From a virus, in IMG/VR virus record IMGVR_UViG_3300031463_000004, positions 14,515 to 78,514 of that record: a stretch of 64,000 nt of DNA, one strand, 5' to 3'. Made by a program: the position numbers and the translations under genes. The stretch's first letter is position 1. Every line of letters starts with the position of its first letter. A model generated the notes under the pieces. The model was not told the DNA's origin. It was given only the letters and a program-made list of their open reading frames with translations, and did no database searches. This document shows positions 37,501-46,452 of the stretch, one piece after another.

Positions 37501-38386
37501 CAATGAGCTTCGGGAAGTGTGTTGTCTTCACAAAGAATGTTCCGGGTATCCCGGTATACTTCCCAGATAAGTCGTCCCTATAAACGTCTGCCGAGACAAA
37601 TGTCTCACTATAGACGTCTCCGTAAGTATTCCCAACCGCCGATGATCTCCTTTCCACATAGGCATTCGGGTATGTATCCAGGAGTAGGTTGTAGTCTGTT
37701 ATCTTCTTTCTTGCGTACTCGTCACGGCCTGAGAACACTGGCCTGTTATACGGATAGACAGACTGAGTCAAGTCGACGACTGCATCCGATACACTCACTG
37801 AGGATTTCGGTGTGACAACCCCAATGAGAACAGCCCTGTCTGAGTGTTTCCAGAAGAATTGTGGGACACTGGAAATAGTTGCTGTCGCCGGGGACACAAA
37901 AACCTTGAATGATTGTATGTATTCTGTGGCCTCAACCGTATCATCCGCAGTTACGGCTGGACGTGACGTCTCTGGCCAATAGATGAGCCAGATCAGATTC
38001 GGGCCTGTTGGGTCTCCGAGAAGTAACGAGTTTCCTGTATCTGGGTCAATAAAATGTGGATCCGATGCCAGATCAGGGTTCTCTGGAGTTTGGAGCCAGA
38101 ATGAGAATCCAGTTGGTCCCCCCTGTGGGCTTATGATCTCAATTGGTTCCATGGACTTCGGGAAGCACTTACCGTCTGTGATATAGAGTTCCAGTGCGTC
38201 TGCGCCGTTCCTTGGGAGTATTAGGAGACTATTCTCAGGGTCTACGATCCCATAATCCGCTATATTACTGAATCTCTCGGTCAGACTAGACTTCCAGGCG
38301 AGGGATTCCCTCGACAGGTCTGACCCGTGAACTGCCATTCCATCAACCCAGCGTGTACCTCTCAGCTCTGACATTCCTGACTCCAA
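34595..38386 (-). CDS. Large tail fibre/baseplate-attached structural protein
   Basis: 1263 aa, beta-rich, downstream of the baseplate genes; AGEYIKQGQIVYI module. Confidence 0.7.
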   Translation of the reverse strand: MESGMSELRGTRWVDGMAVHGSDLSRESLAWKSSLTERFSNIADYGIVDPENSLLILPRNGADALELYITDGKCFPKSMEPIEIISPQGGPTGFSFWLQTPENPDLASDPHFIDPDTGNSLLLGDPTGPNLIWLIYWPETSRPAVTADDTVEATEYIQSFKVFVSPATATISSVPQFFWKHSDRAVLIGVVTPKSSVSVSDAVVDLTQSVYPYNRPVFSGRDEYARKKITDYNLLLDTYPNAYVERRSSAVGNTYGDVYSETFVSADVYRDDLSGKYTGIPGTFFVKTTHFPKLIVSATRSDGVDMLGNADIVAGKKYIALDPVGNETSPIPDGGSLEIVYAYYNVAEPYLNKSTNPDSVTVAQPLENEMVLVESNPITVLTADTKIPSENAQYPAEYTFFINKLGEVDVKPRILFQARDIRRISDGDVVMPSSQPTRPTRITCCVTGTKPGTQGLQFTVYGTDGSGAPISENITVKATSVTETKPGLGNNGEDWTGYYESSTSIFGSVTGLEITDLDKLSLSASNKDATVFVLSNEGIDLLHDLPNCKVTIDAAGDALEWTFVDLRDTHIYQSMLSFLSSCKQVTILDGAVKAYLPAGEYIKQGQIVYIKPGEAGHDPPQDSGVGYLYRAVAENDAYKPNVAGIADTDIQAGQSGWVTLRGVVVNNNWDFRPGVLYLSSSEPGNFSTQYPFQYSGSGAETLTVQIVSDCPEAYVHLNINGYDYYSNVQPGSAPIGSVFTWDADPAITAQNLTTVINGTADSKIAGVVTATSDGSVVTIKSTKKSTPIRVYQIGDPNTEKLAILVYASNAVLNVGQTELGSPGTPSDGDAFSVSGTLFVYNTDWVTATELATQINSKFGGVIAATAQGGSQVLLQSSTPYMLGTMIRASAGYGNSALSFDSETFKSAETSISPELLRYKPTVRCGYAITSSKILFDGPIFSKKYASEIYVEDYYRQYKSNQTEGCLVELPKFITMCRSPLIVPVAGAAPIFHDDDSPEGTGYNRMFVWVQGFTSDSAVISVAIKRRETATTDYNWYLDRVNNHGSFILRVLPDCHGEISGFRNYGYPDKTGQLIGDDPKMSLKTGAGASLLDAGALCKNPYSQYEPPKESWGSGDPDPGVYITDTDAWEYYGTNEHDMFRFVDEKTIQFGFRESTAGDSFRCYVSGFDRYTILELSIGKRAHADGTTPTSRIKFFALGWNRVNFFSVEGDKLRFYLTPRCSEPWIYNPSAGDSDPGLAPAATSPRECKVLEVQRLPRICTKYE

Positions 38387-38389
38387 TCA

Positions 38390-41314
38390 TTAGCTACCAG
38401 ACCCAGGATTCAACACATTCCTGAAGTGTCTGGTGTGGAAAGTATGTACTCCTATCCTGGAGAGAACATAATCTTCACGTCGTCTTGTTCCAGTGGCTAC
38501 TATCTTTATCTTGGCATATCTGTACACTGTACCAGGGAAGAGTCCGAAAACGTCCAACGTCCCTGATACGGTACTTCTGAACCTGACAATTCGTATGTTC
38601 TTCCTTACTGATTCTGGGATGGAGGAGATATCAACAGTAATCTTGGTCCAACTTGCACCTGGCTTTGCAAAAGCGAACTTATAACCAAGATCCGAAGCGG
38701 TTGTGTTCAATGGGACGATCGAGGACAAGTCAATGTAACACGTACCAGAGGTACCTGATCCCTTCGCGTAGAACGTGATGGAAGTACCAGGGTTGAACGA
38801 TCTCGGGAACCTCTTCTCCACTCCGATTGTTGTGGACGCGGAGCCCCCAGAGATGCGCATACACCCAACATTAAGCTCCCCTGCCGGTTGGTCATTCAGG
38901 TATGATATTGTGTACGTTCCAGAGGCCCCGTAACTCAGCCCCCAAGGAATGTATGTAGACGTTTTGGATGGGTCACACATCGGGTCTATGGATGCCGGGC
39001 GAAGTAAGTAGGGATATGGTGATTCAGTCCAGCTCGTCCATCCAGAATTCAGGCTGTCAGATTGACTGATGTATACCTTTCTCTCTGTAGGCCCAAACTG
39101 GCTGTCGAATAGATCTAGGTACACCCCAGCATTTATAGGGACTGGCAGACCAATACTAGCTGGATACATCATATCTAGTGGGGTGGAGAGTTCTAATGTG
39201 GGGGTAGCGATTGTATCTGGTATGTAGACGTACTCCCCCCTGTAATGTTTCTCCAATGTCCCCGGCTCAAACGTAACGATATCCCCAATGTATGGAACTG
39301 CTGTGACTTGTGTGATAGTGACAGTATCACGACCGCACGAAATTATGTCCCCTACACTGAAGACGCCAGATTCCACATACCAAGACGTTGCTCCGCAATC
39401 CGAATCAACGAGTAGATGTGAGCATTTATCCCGTGCCCACACACCATCCACATTTTTCATCATTGTGGCTGTGTAGGATAGGTCAGTCGCAGACATTACT
39501 TGTAGGTCAGATGCGTAAAGGACAGAATACTGTGGTCGTTTTTCGATGTGTGCCACAGCGGGGTATTGCACAGACCTAGCCCTATCTGTTGCTTCTTGGG
39601 CCTCCATATCTGGGCGTCTCTTTGCTGTGATTGTGTATTCTGTACTTGACCCAGGCTGATTAGAGCCTATAACCACTACATCTGGATCAATGAAAGTTGT
39701 GGAGATAGGCGTTCCAGAAACGGAGACAGATAGGATACTCTGGCACGGAACTGGAAGTCTGAAATACCACGCGCCGGCCACCTTGGTTATGTCTCCAGCA
39801 AGATCTTGTTCAGCCTCTGTCCCATGCATGACTATGCTATACGTGTACGAATCCAGCTCCCAGTACTCGTTGACACGTATATACGTCTCCTGTTGGCCGA
39901 ATGGGAGGGAGTCATTATATAACGTCACAGTTCCATACGAACTCTGTACTTGGTCCGACTTATCCTGGGCCAAGAAGAGTGACCCATAATCTGAGACTGC
40001 ACCAGTTGCAACTGTAGTTACCGTAATTGTATCGCCTGGACTAACACTCCACATACGGGTTGGAAGTATTCGGATCGGGCACAGATCAGGATACGGGCCA
40101 GACTTATACACACACTTCCTGGAGTACGTGTCAGGATTCTTGGAAGTCCCAATGATAAGAACCCTCCCATAATTACCTACATATGCTGCTGTCAGATTGT
40201 GAACCGGAGAAATTGTTCTATTCCAGGCTGATACGAAGTTTGCTACTGTTGTTGCGAGATTGGCTGTATATTGCCAGTACTGGCTCGTATTACTTGTAGA
40301 ACTCGCTATAATCTCCGTATCATTCACTGTCTCCGTTGTCGGTGTTTCTGGCCACGCCAATGAATCCTGGACGTAATTGGCTACAACAATAGAATCTCCG
40401 TCTGTGAATTGGGTCGAGAGAAGATCAATCTCAAATATTGGCGCGGCTCCAGGGTATGTCTCTCCGGTAGAGGTCACAGTGATGGTCTTACCAACTACTG
40501 ATATACTCGCATTGGAAATGACATTCCTAAACGTATCAGATATGACGGTATAAGAAACTGGAGTATTTGCTGCCGCCCCGGATACTCCTATTGTCGCCGA
40601 AAGATTAATGGCCTCTCGGTAATCCGTCCCACCAAGATACCACCCATCTGGATTCTCTAGGAGAGGGAGAGACCCGAACCACGCCTTCAGATAGTCCAGA
40701 ATGGCCTTTCTGGTTGTGTGATTCGCGTAGAGAGCTTGGAGAGCGCCACGGGTTATGGCTCTTGCTGACTCAATTGTCTCCCAGTCTACTTGTGGCGTTC
40801 GAGTCAGCGGCAGGTAGTCCCTAAGAATCTCTTGGAGTCGTACCTTATTCTGTGACAGCCATGGGTGTAGCAGAACATCTATCTCCCCGATGGAACTAAG
40901 AACGACGGCATAGAACCCCCACAATAAGATGGCCCAATTCGCAGTAAGAAAATCAAGTCTTACTGTTGCTACGATTTCGTGCAGGCTATTGTACCCAACT
41001 GCCGTGAGTTTTATCATACCAGGACTGCATCTAGGCAGGTAGAACTCATACGTTCCAGACACTGGGGTAACTGTTGCTATTCTGTTTGTCCTGTCTACTG
41101 GTGAACCATACCACTCTCCAAGGTACACATCAATCAAAGTGATATCTGTGGAGCAAGCACCGGTTATCTGAGTTGGTCTGGTTATTGGGGGGAATGTGTA
41201 CTTATCTTTATAGTAGAAATTACCATCGTGGACGGCAGCAGTGAGTGTCCCCCACAATGGGAGTATGGGGACCCCAGATATGGATTTTGGTGGATACATC
41301 TCCAAATACGACAT
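38390..41314 (-). CDS. Putative baseplate wedge protein
   Basis: Follows baseplate J; helical N-region (TTRKAILDYLKAWFG, gpI-like position) plus beta-rich domains. Confidence 0.55.
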   Translation of the reverse strand: MSYLEMYPPKSISGVPILPLWGTLTAAVHDGNFYYKDKYTFPPITRPTQITGACSTDITLIDVYLGEWYGSPVDRTNRIATVTPVSGTYEFYLPRCSPGMIKLTAVGYNSLHEIVATVRLDFLTANWAILLWGFYAVVLSSIGEIDVLLHPWLSQNKVRLQEILRDYLPLTRTPQVDWETIESARAITRGALQALYANHTTRKAILDYLKAWFGSLPLLENPDGWYLGGTDYREAINLSATIGVSGAAANTPVSYTVISDTFRNVISNASISVVGKTITVTSTGETYPGAAPIFEIDLLSTQFTDGDSIVVANYVQDSLAWPETPTTETVNDTEIIASSTSNTSQYWQYTANLATTVANFVSAWNRTISPVHNLTAAYVGNYGRVLIIGTSKNPDTYSRKCVYKSGPYPDLCPIRILPTRMWSVSPGDTITVTTVATGAVSDYGSLFLAQDKSDQVQSSYGTVTLYNDSLPFGQQETYIRVNEYWELDSYTYSIVMHGTEAEQDLAGDITKVAGAWYFRLPVPCQSILSVSVSGTPISTTFIDPDVVVIGSNQPGSSTEYTITAKRRPDMEAQEATDRARSVQYPAVAHIEKRPQYSVLYASDLQVMSATDLSYTATMMKNVDGVWARDKCSHLLVDSDCGATSWYVESGVFSVGDIISCGRDTVTITQVTAVPYIGDIVTFEPGTLEKHYRGEYVYIPDTIATPTLELSTPLDMMYPASIGLPVPINAGVYLDLFDSQFGPTERKVYISQSDSLNSGWTSWTESPYPYLLRPASIDPMCDPSKTSTYIPWGLSYGASGTYTISYLNDQPAGELNVGCMRISGGSASTTIGVEKRFPRSFNPGTSITFYAKGSGTSGTCYIDLSSIVPLNTTASDLGYKFAFAKPGASWTKITVDISSIPESVRKNIRIVRFRSTVSGTLDVFGLFPGTVYRYAKIKIVATGTRRREDYVLSRIGVHTFHTRHFRNVLNPGSGS

Positions 41315-41317
41315 TCA

Positions 41318-42727
41318 CTAGCTCCAAACAATGGTGCTTGTATCAATGTATGTATATTCGTTCCGGCCCACAGATATGCTCTCTACGACGTCTGGTGATG
41401 GGCCATCCGAGAATCTCGTGAAAACGAGTGTCGAAATCCCACTTACATTGTTGAGGAGGTCCAATCGGATATCCGATGGTGATAGGAGAGTCACACCATC
41501 TCCGAATTTGTACGTATTCAGAACAGTTGACAGTCTGGATGTTATATCCGTCCGTAATTGTTGGATTGAGTATCCAGTTAGGGCTGTAACTGAGATGGAC
41601 ACGTATACGTATTTTCTCTTCCCGGAGAATACTACAGTGTCCACTCCGGCGATTTTATTCTCGTCCTTCAGGAAATATTCCTGAAGTGCAGAGACACTAC
41701 TGTCGTATGTGTATACCACGGTGAGTGGTGTGGCATTCGTAATGGTGGACCCAACTGGTATGGTCAGAATATCAGATGCGTATATGGACCCAGAGAGGTT
41801 GGAGGTATCCGCTGTGAGCGCATAGTCTGTACCACTTGTATAACGTGCTCCAGTACTCGTATTGTAGACCCCAACTAGGGCTACCACTGGCTGCTTCAGG
41901 AAAACATGAGGAGCCCCAGTAGCCATATACGTGAACGAGTCTGATGCTTGTACTGGGATGCCCCCAGTCACATAGATATCTCTAGGGACTGCACTTGGAA
42001 CGCGGAGTATCTCTGGATCAGACCCAGAGAATACCGCAACATCAACTATCTCGGGTCTCTCTTTCCGTACCTCTCTGGATGTTCCAGCTTCGCTAGACCT
42101 ATCAGTCCCAGACAGTACTTCCACCAATACGGATGCGAACTCTGTATTCGTCTGTATATCCCTTCCTCCAGATATTGCGGATGCGTTGTATACACTATCA
42201 ATCCCACTGATGTTGTTCCCAAGAGACTTTATCTTCCCTACTCCAACATTATATGAGGCCCCTGGTTTCGTCGCTATGACACTAGATTCGATACTCCACC
42301 TGTTTCTTGATGGGTCGTAATACGATGGAGCAAGAGACTTGTACATTGTCACGGGGGACTCTGTCACATAGGCGAGTTGGGTATTCGGAACTCCAACGAC
42401 AGTTCCAGCCGGGATTAAGATATCAGCGTTTGGTGGTGATGTCCTTTCGAACCGAACCACTCCACGAGCATAAGCCCCTAAACCTCTTTCTACACCGAAT
42501 GTAGCCCCGAACTCATCCAGATCCGCTGGATCGAGCTCTGCCGCATTCCCCAATGACCTGAGCTTCGATGCGTATGCAATCAGTGATTCCAGGAAGGCCA
42601 ATTGGGTAGCCTGCGGAGTGACCGCCAAGTCCAGAATCGGGCCACTAGAGGCGTCAGCCACAGCATCAAGATTGGTGATGGCCTGGACCATCTGCCGTGT
42701 GATTTCCTCTTCACTCCTACTTCTCAT
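41318..42727 (-). CDS. Baseplate J-like protein
   Basis: LDEFGATFGVERG..AYARGVVRF...IPAGTVV; ATKPGASYNV; SGGRDIQTN. Confidence 0.88.
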   Translation of the reverse strand: MRSRSEEEITRQMVQAITNLDAVADASSGPILDLAVTPQATQLAFLESLIAYASKLRSLGNAAELDPADLDEFGATFGVERGLGAYARGVVRFERTSPPNADILIPAGTVVGVPNTQLAYVTESPVTMYKSLAPSYYDPSRNRWSIESSVIATKPGASYNVGVGKIKSLGNNISGIDSVYNASAISGGRDIQTNTEFASVLVEVLSGTDRSSEAGTSREVRKERPEIVDVAVFSGSDPEILRVPSAVPRDIYVTGGIPVQASDSFTYMATGAPHVFLKQPVVALVGVYNTSTGARYTSGTDYALTADTSNLSGSIYASDILTIPVGSTITNATPLTVVYTYDSSVSALQEYFLKDENKIAGVDTVVFSGKRKYVYVSISVTALTGYSIQQLRTDITSRLSTVLNTYKFGDGVTLLSPSDIRLDLLNNVSGISTLVFTRFSDGPSPDVVESISVGRNEYTYIDTSTIVWS

Positions 42728-42734
42728 ATCAGCC

Positions 42735-43154
42735 TCACGCCTTCAACGTAACAGGACGTCGAAGAATACACAATTTCACAGGCTTAGGTCCTTTTCCATT
42801 CCGGATGGTCAAGACAAAAGCATAATCAGTCCTTGAAGAGCCCCTAACTCGCTCTGCCGACACTCCATATACCGCATACAGAGTTTCCTCCGGGCTCAGA
42901 TAGGGCTGCTTGGCCTGGAGGGCCTGGTATTTCTCTAGAGCAGACACAACTCTGAACACAATCTCAGCGGGTATGGACTCACCAATTTCACCAATCATAT
43001 CCGAGAGTCCTGCACCATACCCGTTCTTCTTCCTCCCCACAAGAAGACATTCAATGATGTCCTGACGGAGCTTCTGTTCCCCAGTGACCATAACAGGGGC
43101 ACCCGATTCGTCGAAACTAATATCTCCTGCCGTCACTTTGAACGTCTTCACCAT
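42735..43154 (-). CDS. gp25/gpW-like baseplate protein
   Basis: GDI.FD.SG..VMVTG..KLRQDI...YGAGL..IG; precedes baseplate J. Confidence 0.75.
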   Translation of the reverse strand: MVKTFKVTAGDISFDESGAPVMVTGEQKLRQDIIECLLVGRKKNGYGAGLSDMIGEIGESIPAEIVFRVVSALEKYQALQAKQPYLSPEETLYAVYGVSAERVRGSSRTDYAFVLTIRNGKGPKPVKLCILRRPVTLKA

Positions 43155-43205
43155 ACTCCTCCGCCATCAACAGTCTGCCTACACATAGATCCCCGAAGTA
43201 TAGTC

Positions 43206-45077
43206 TCAAGCATCTTTATCTATCTGGATATTCTGTGGTGAGGCTATTGTCTTCGAAGACTTGTCACACAATGTAGAAGTAGGTACAACTCTGGAGATGT
43301 GGATGTGATTCTTGTGGTAGGCGTCTGTCCCATATGAAGGCCCCTTACATTCTCTGGACCCTAGACTGATGGCCGTACTTTGTAACGTTTTCACCGGGTA
43401 TGAGTCGCCCAGACTCGTGATAGATGTACCATTGATCGCAGCAATGTCCACGGCTCCACCCTTATAGTGCCAGCTCGTCCTAGCGTGGACACCTTCAGTG
43501 GTAGATGATATTGTCAGTGTTCTTATTGGAAGTACCTTCGAAACCTGCTGCACCAATAGCTCAAACCACTGCTTAAACTGAGGATGTACAGGATTATTGG
43601 CCCCTGGGTGGAACAACAAGTGTACAGTCGTCCCTGGGGCCACTTGGACATCCTCTAGATACTCCCAGCCACATGCAGATCGGTCTGTCACCCTTGATGC
43701 TGTTCTGCTGTCCGTGCTCGTATATGGGTGAACAGGGGACGCCCCAAACATAGTGAGACTGTTTACCCAGGTGTCTAATCTACCCTTTGTGTCTGTTGTG
43801 TCCATGTGCTCCGCTTCCAATTCTCTGAGCTCATATCGAATCGATTTGACCTTGTAATCCAATACGCGCCACGACTCGAACTGCCTTGCATGGTCCTTCT
43901 GCAGATCCTCCAGCAGCCTTGTCAATTCTGTTTCTTCGTCTTTGGTCTTTGGAACCTTTGACAAGATACTGCTCAACTGATTCAACTCCTCGTCAATCTC
44001 ACGGAATTCACGTTCATACTTCGCTAGTTGCAGATTCAGTACCCTCTTTCTCCAGAGGATACTTTCCTCTTTATCCTCATACAGGATGGACTGTTTCGTT
44101 ATCCCATCCTGGAGTACACCAAGATTCAGAGAACCCATTTCAGACAGTGTGGATTCCGCAGTCTTAGAGATCGGAGCAGTATCTGTACCATTTCCAGTAG
44201 GAACAGATACTGGTGTCCCAGGAAGCTCCAACGGCCCACCCGGGTATTGTGTGTCTGTGATTCCAGTATAGTTCAGACTATTTAACGCATCCAGTACATT
44301 CGTACCGGAAGCTACACTCCTCACTACCGAAGCTCCAGACGCGAGGACGAGGGCTCCATCCGTCCCAGCTGTGCTCGTTGGTATCATTGAAGATACCTTT
44401 GAGGCGGCGGAGAACACATCTGCCGCACTCTTATTCTGTGCCACGAGTCCAAGGACATAATAGGTCTGTGTCAGGCTATTGGCCGTATATACAGCCTGTT
44501 GGAATTGTGTGTACGCACTCGGTAACGGGATAACACCTGAGACCCCCGGTAAGGAGGATAGCTTTGGAAGCCCCAGGTTTTTTGCGACCTCGGAGTTTAT
44601 CCTAGAGAAGAGATAATTATCCACGATACCAAGGTCACTCAGAACCTGAGACACCCCGAGTGCCGAATAAATCTGCGAGAAAGATAATGCTTCTTGAACT
44701 TGCTGAATTATAGAGTTCTGTATATTCTGTAGCGCCTCAACGTTCTTCGCGATGCAATCGAGCGCATCCGTTACTGTGGATAGTTTGTCGCTGACCTTCT
44801 CCACATCCACGAACCCATCCATCCCAGCATACCGCATGAGATTCGTGAGTGCAGTTAGTTTTGTCAGGTCCCCCAGATTCTTGATATTGAGAAGGCTCTT
44901 TACAAGAGCCATATTTGCAGGGTTCGCCAGCCATAGCACCACTCTGAGTACTCTCAAACTCTTCCAGTCTTTCGCCTTTCCTATCTGGACCTGAGGTAGT
45001 TTTGATGTGACTTCCCGGATGTTCGGGAGTCCATCCAAGAGTCTCGGTACTATATCTGTTCCTGTCTTACATGCCAT
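43206..45077 (-). CDS. Virion protein with coiled coil and C-terminal M15/LAS-type peptidoglycan peptidase domain
   Basis: SWHYKGGAVDI (H-x6-D) and HKNHIH zinc ligands; located in the baseplate cluster. Confidence 0.72.
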   Translation of the reverse strand: MACKTGTDIVPRLLDGLPNIREVTSKLPQVQIGKAKDWKSLRVLRVVLWLANPANMALVKSLLNIKNLGDLTKLTALTNLMRYAGMDGFVDVEKVSDKLSTVTDALDCIAKNVEALQNIQNSIIQQVQEALSFSQIYSALGVSQVLSDLGIVDNYLFSRINSEVAKNLGLPKLSSLPGVSGVIPLPSAYTQFQQAVYTANSLTQTYYVLGLVAQNKSAADVFSAASKVSSMIPTSTAGTDGALVLASGASVVRSVASGTNVLDALNSLNYTGITDTQYPGGPLELPGTPVSVPTGNGTDTAPISKTAESTLSEMGSLNLGVLQDGITKQSILYEDKEESILWRKRVLNLQLAKYEREFREIDEELNQLSSILSKVPKTKDEETELTRLLEDLQKDHARQFESWRVLDYKVKSIRYELRELEAEHMDTTDTKGRLDTWVNSLTMFGASPVHPYTSTDSRTASRVTDRSACGWEYLEDVQVAPGTTVHLLFHPGANNPVHPQFKQWFELLVQQVSKVLPIRTLTISSTTEGVHARTSWHYKGGAVDIAAINGTSITSLGDSYPVKTLQSTAISLGSRECKGPSYGTDAYHKNHIHISRVVPTSTLCDKSSKTIASPQNIQIDKDA

Positions 45078-45078
45078 C

Positions 45079-46446
45079 TTACGTCGCCTTCGTTTTCGTC
45101 GTCAAAACACCTTCGGGTGCCGGGCCTGACACTGGGCCTGATACTCCGTCTCCTTCCTTTACTCCAGTATGGGTGTGGGACATGAATACAGGAATGAAGG
45201 TTTCGAGGAGCAATCGTAGTGTGGCTGTGTCATCACCAAGACGTACATCGGGGGCAGAAACAATAGAAGTCCCGATGGATTCTAATCTAGATGTCTTGTC
45301 CCCGGACACAACGCTTTCTAGGGCAGATGAAACCCGCACGTCTTTATCCGCCCCGATGGATATCGTTCGGGCGGATATATCCATTTCCTTCTCTGCGATG
45401 ACATAGGCTTCTGAACCAGCTGTCAGAAAGACGCGCTTACCAGACCCAACTACAGTGTCTTCCTTTGCCTGTGTGGAGATGGACCCGGCAGAAGATACGG
45501 AGACATTCTGTGCACCTACAACAACATCCCCAGTCTCCAACATGATTTGGAGATTCCCTCCAAGTAACTTCATGAGTACCCCCACTGTAGCTGTTGGAGG
45601 AATCATGAGAACAAGATTTCCCTCATCGTCCATACGTGTGTCCACAAAGAATGAGTTCTGTTCATTGTGTACACGCATACGGAATCTTAGGTTTCCTGAT
45701 GTATCTGGGTCTTGTTCTTCAGAACCGGAATCATCTACCACGTGTCCAGCTCGAACATCCATTAGTCTTGGACCGCTAGAGGGGAGATCTTCAGATAGAC
45801 TGGAAGCAGGGTCGCAGGCAACGCTCAGTTCAAAAGCCCGTAACTCCGTACCTCCCTTTGAGATAGGTTTACCGTCGGTCGTGCATACAACTTCTGACTT
45901 TCCGATCTTTCTTTTTACAGTTCCTAATTTCGCGTATGTGAGGTCAGAAGCCTGGGGGGATTCCAACGAGATATGCCCGGCTTCAGCATGCAATTCATGG
46001 CTGTCTCTATTGAGCTCAAGGAAGACTGTACCAGCGTGGGAAAGATATCTCCCCATGTTGGTTTCCCAGTGCCCAGCCCTGCCGATTGACATTGTGTCGT
46101 TCTCTCCCCCAACGAGGGAACGATAGAGAGAGATACCTTCTTTGTAGTTCTGAATGTTCGGCTGCGACGCATTGTCATAGAAGGCTATTATCTCGATTAG
46201 ACCCTGTGGTCTGTAGGATACTAGTACAGGGGTACCTGGTGTTGGGATATGCCGAACCCAATTGGTTCCTTGGACCACTCCAGGATTGAGTGTAGCCGTT
46301 CTGACACCTCCCAGGTCACTCAGCGTAATCTTGCATTGGTACGTATCCAGGTCTACGGATTCTACAACGCCTACTAGTAATCTGGTCCCGTACCCTACAG
46401 TACTCGAACCCAGTGTTGGCTGTTCTTGGAGATTATATTTCCTCAT
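45079..46446 (-). CDS. Baseplate central spike (gpV/gp5-like)
   Basis: N-terminal OB fold (GVVESVD...PTPGTPVLV), beta-helix repeats, C-terminal SHTHTGV HxH tip motif. Confidence 0.8.
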   Translation of the reverse strand: MRKYNLQEQPTLGSSTVGYGTRLLVGVVESVDLDTYQCKITLSDLGGVRTATLNPGVVQGTNWVRHIPTPGTPVLVSYRPQGLIEIIAFYDNASQPNIQNYKEGISLYRSLVGGENDTMSIGRAGHWETNMGRYLSHAGTVFLELNRDSHELHAEAGHISLESPQASDLTYAKLGTVKRKIGKSEVVCTTDGKPISKGGTELRAFELSVACDPASSLSEDLPSSGPRLMDVRAGHVVDDSGSEEQDPDTSGNLRFRMRVHNEQNSFFVDTRMDDEGNLVLMIPPTATVGVLMKLLGGNLQIMLETGDVVVGAQNVSVSSAGSISTQAKEDTVVGSGKRVFLTAGSEAYVIAEKEMDISARTISIGADKDVRVSSALESVVSGDKTSRLESIGTSIVSAPDVRLGDDTATLRLLLETFIPVFMSHTHTGVKEGDGVSGPVSGPAPEGVLTTKTKAT

Positions 46447-46452
46447 TCTAGC

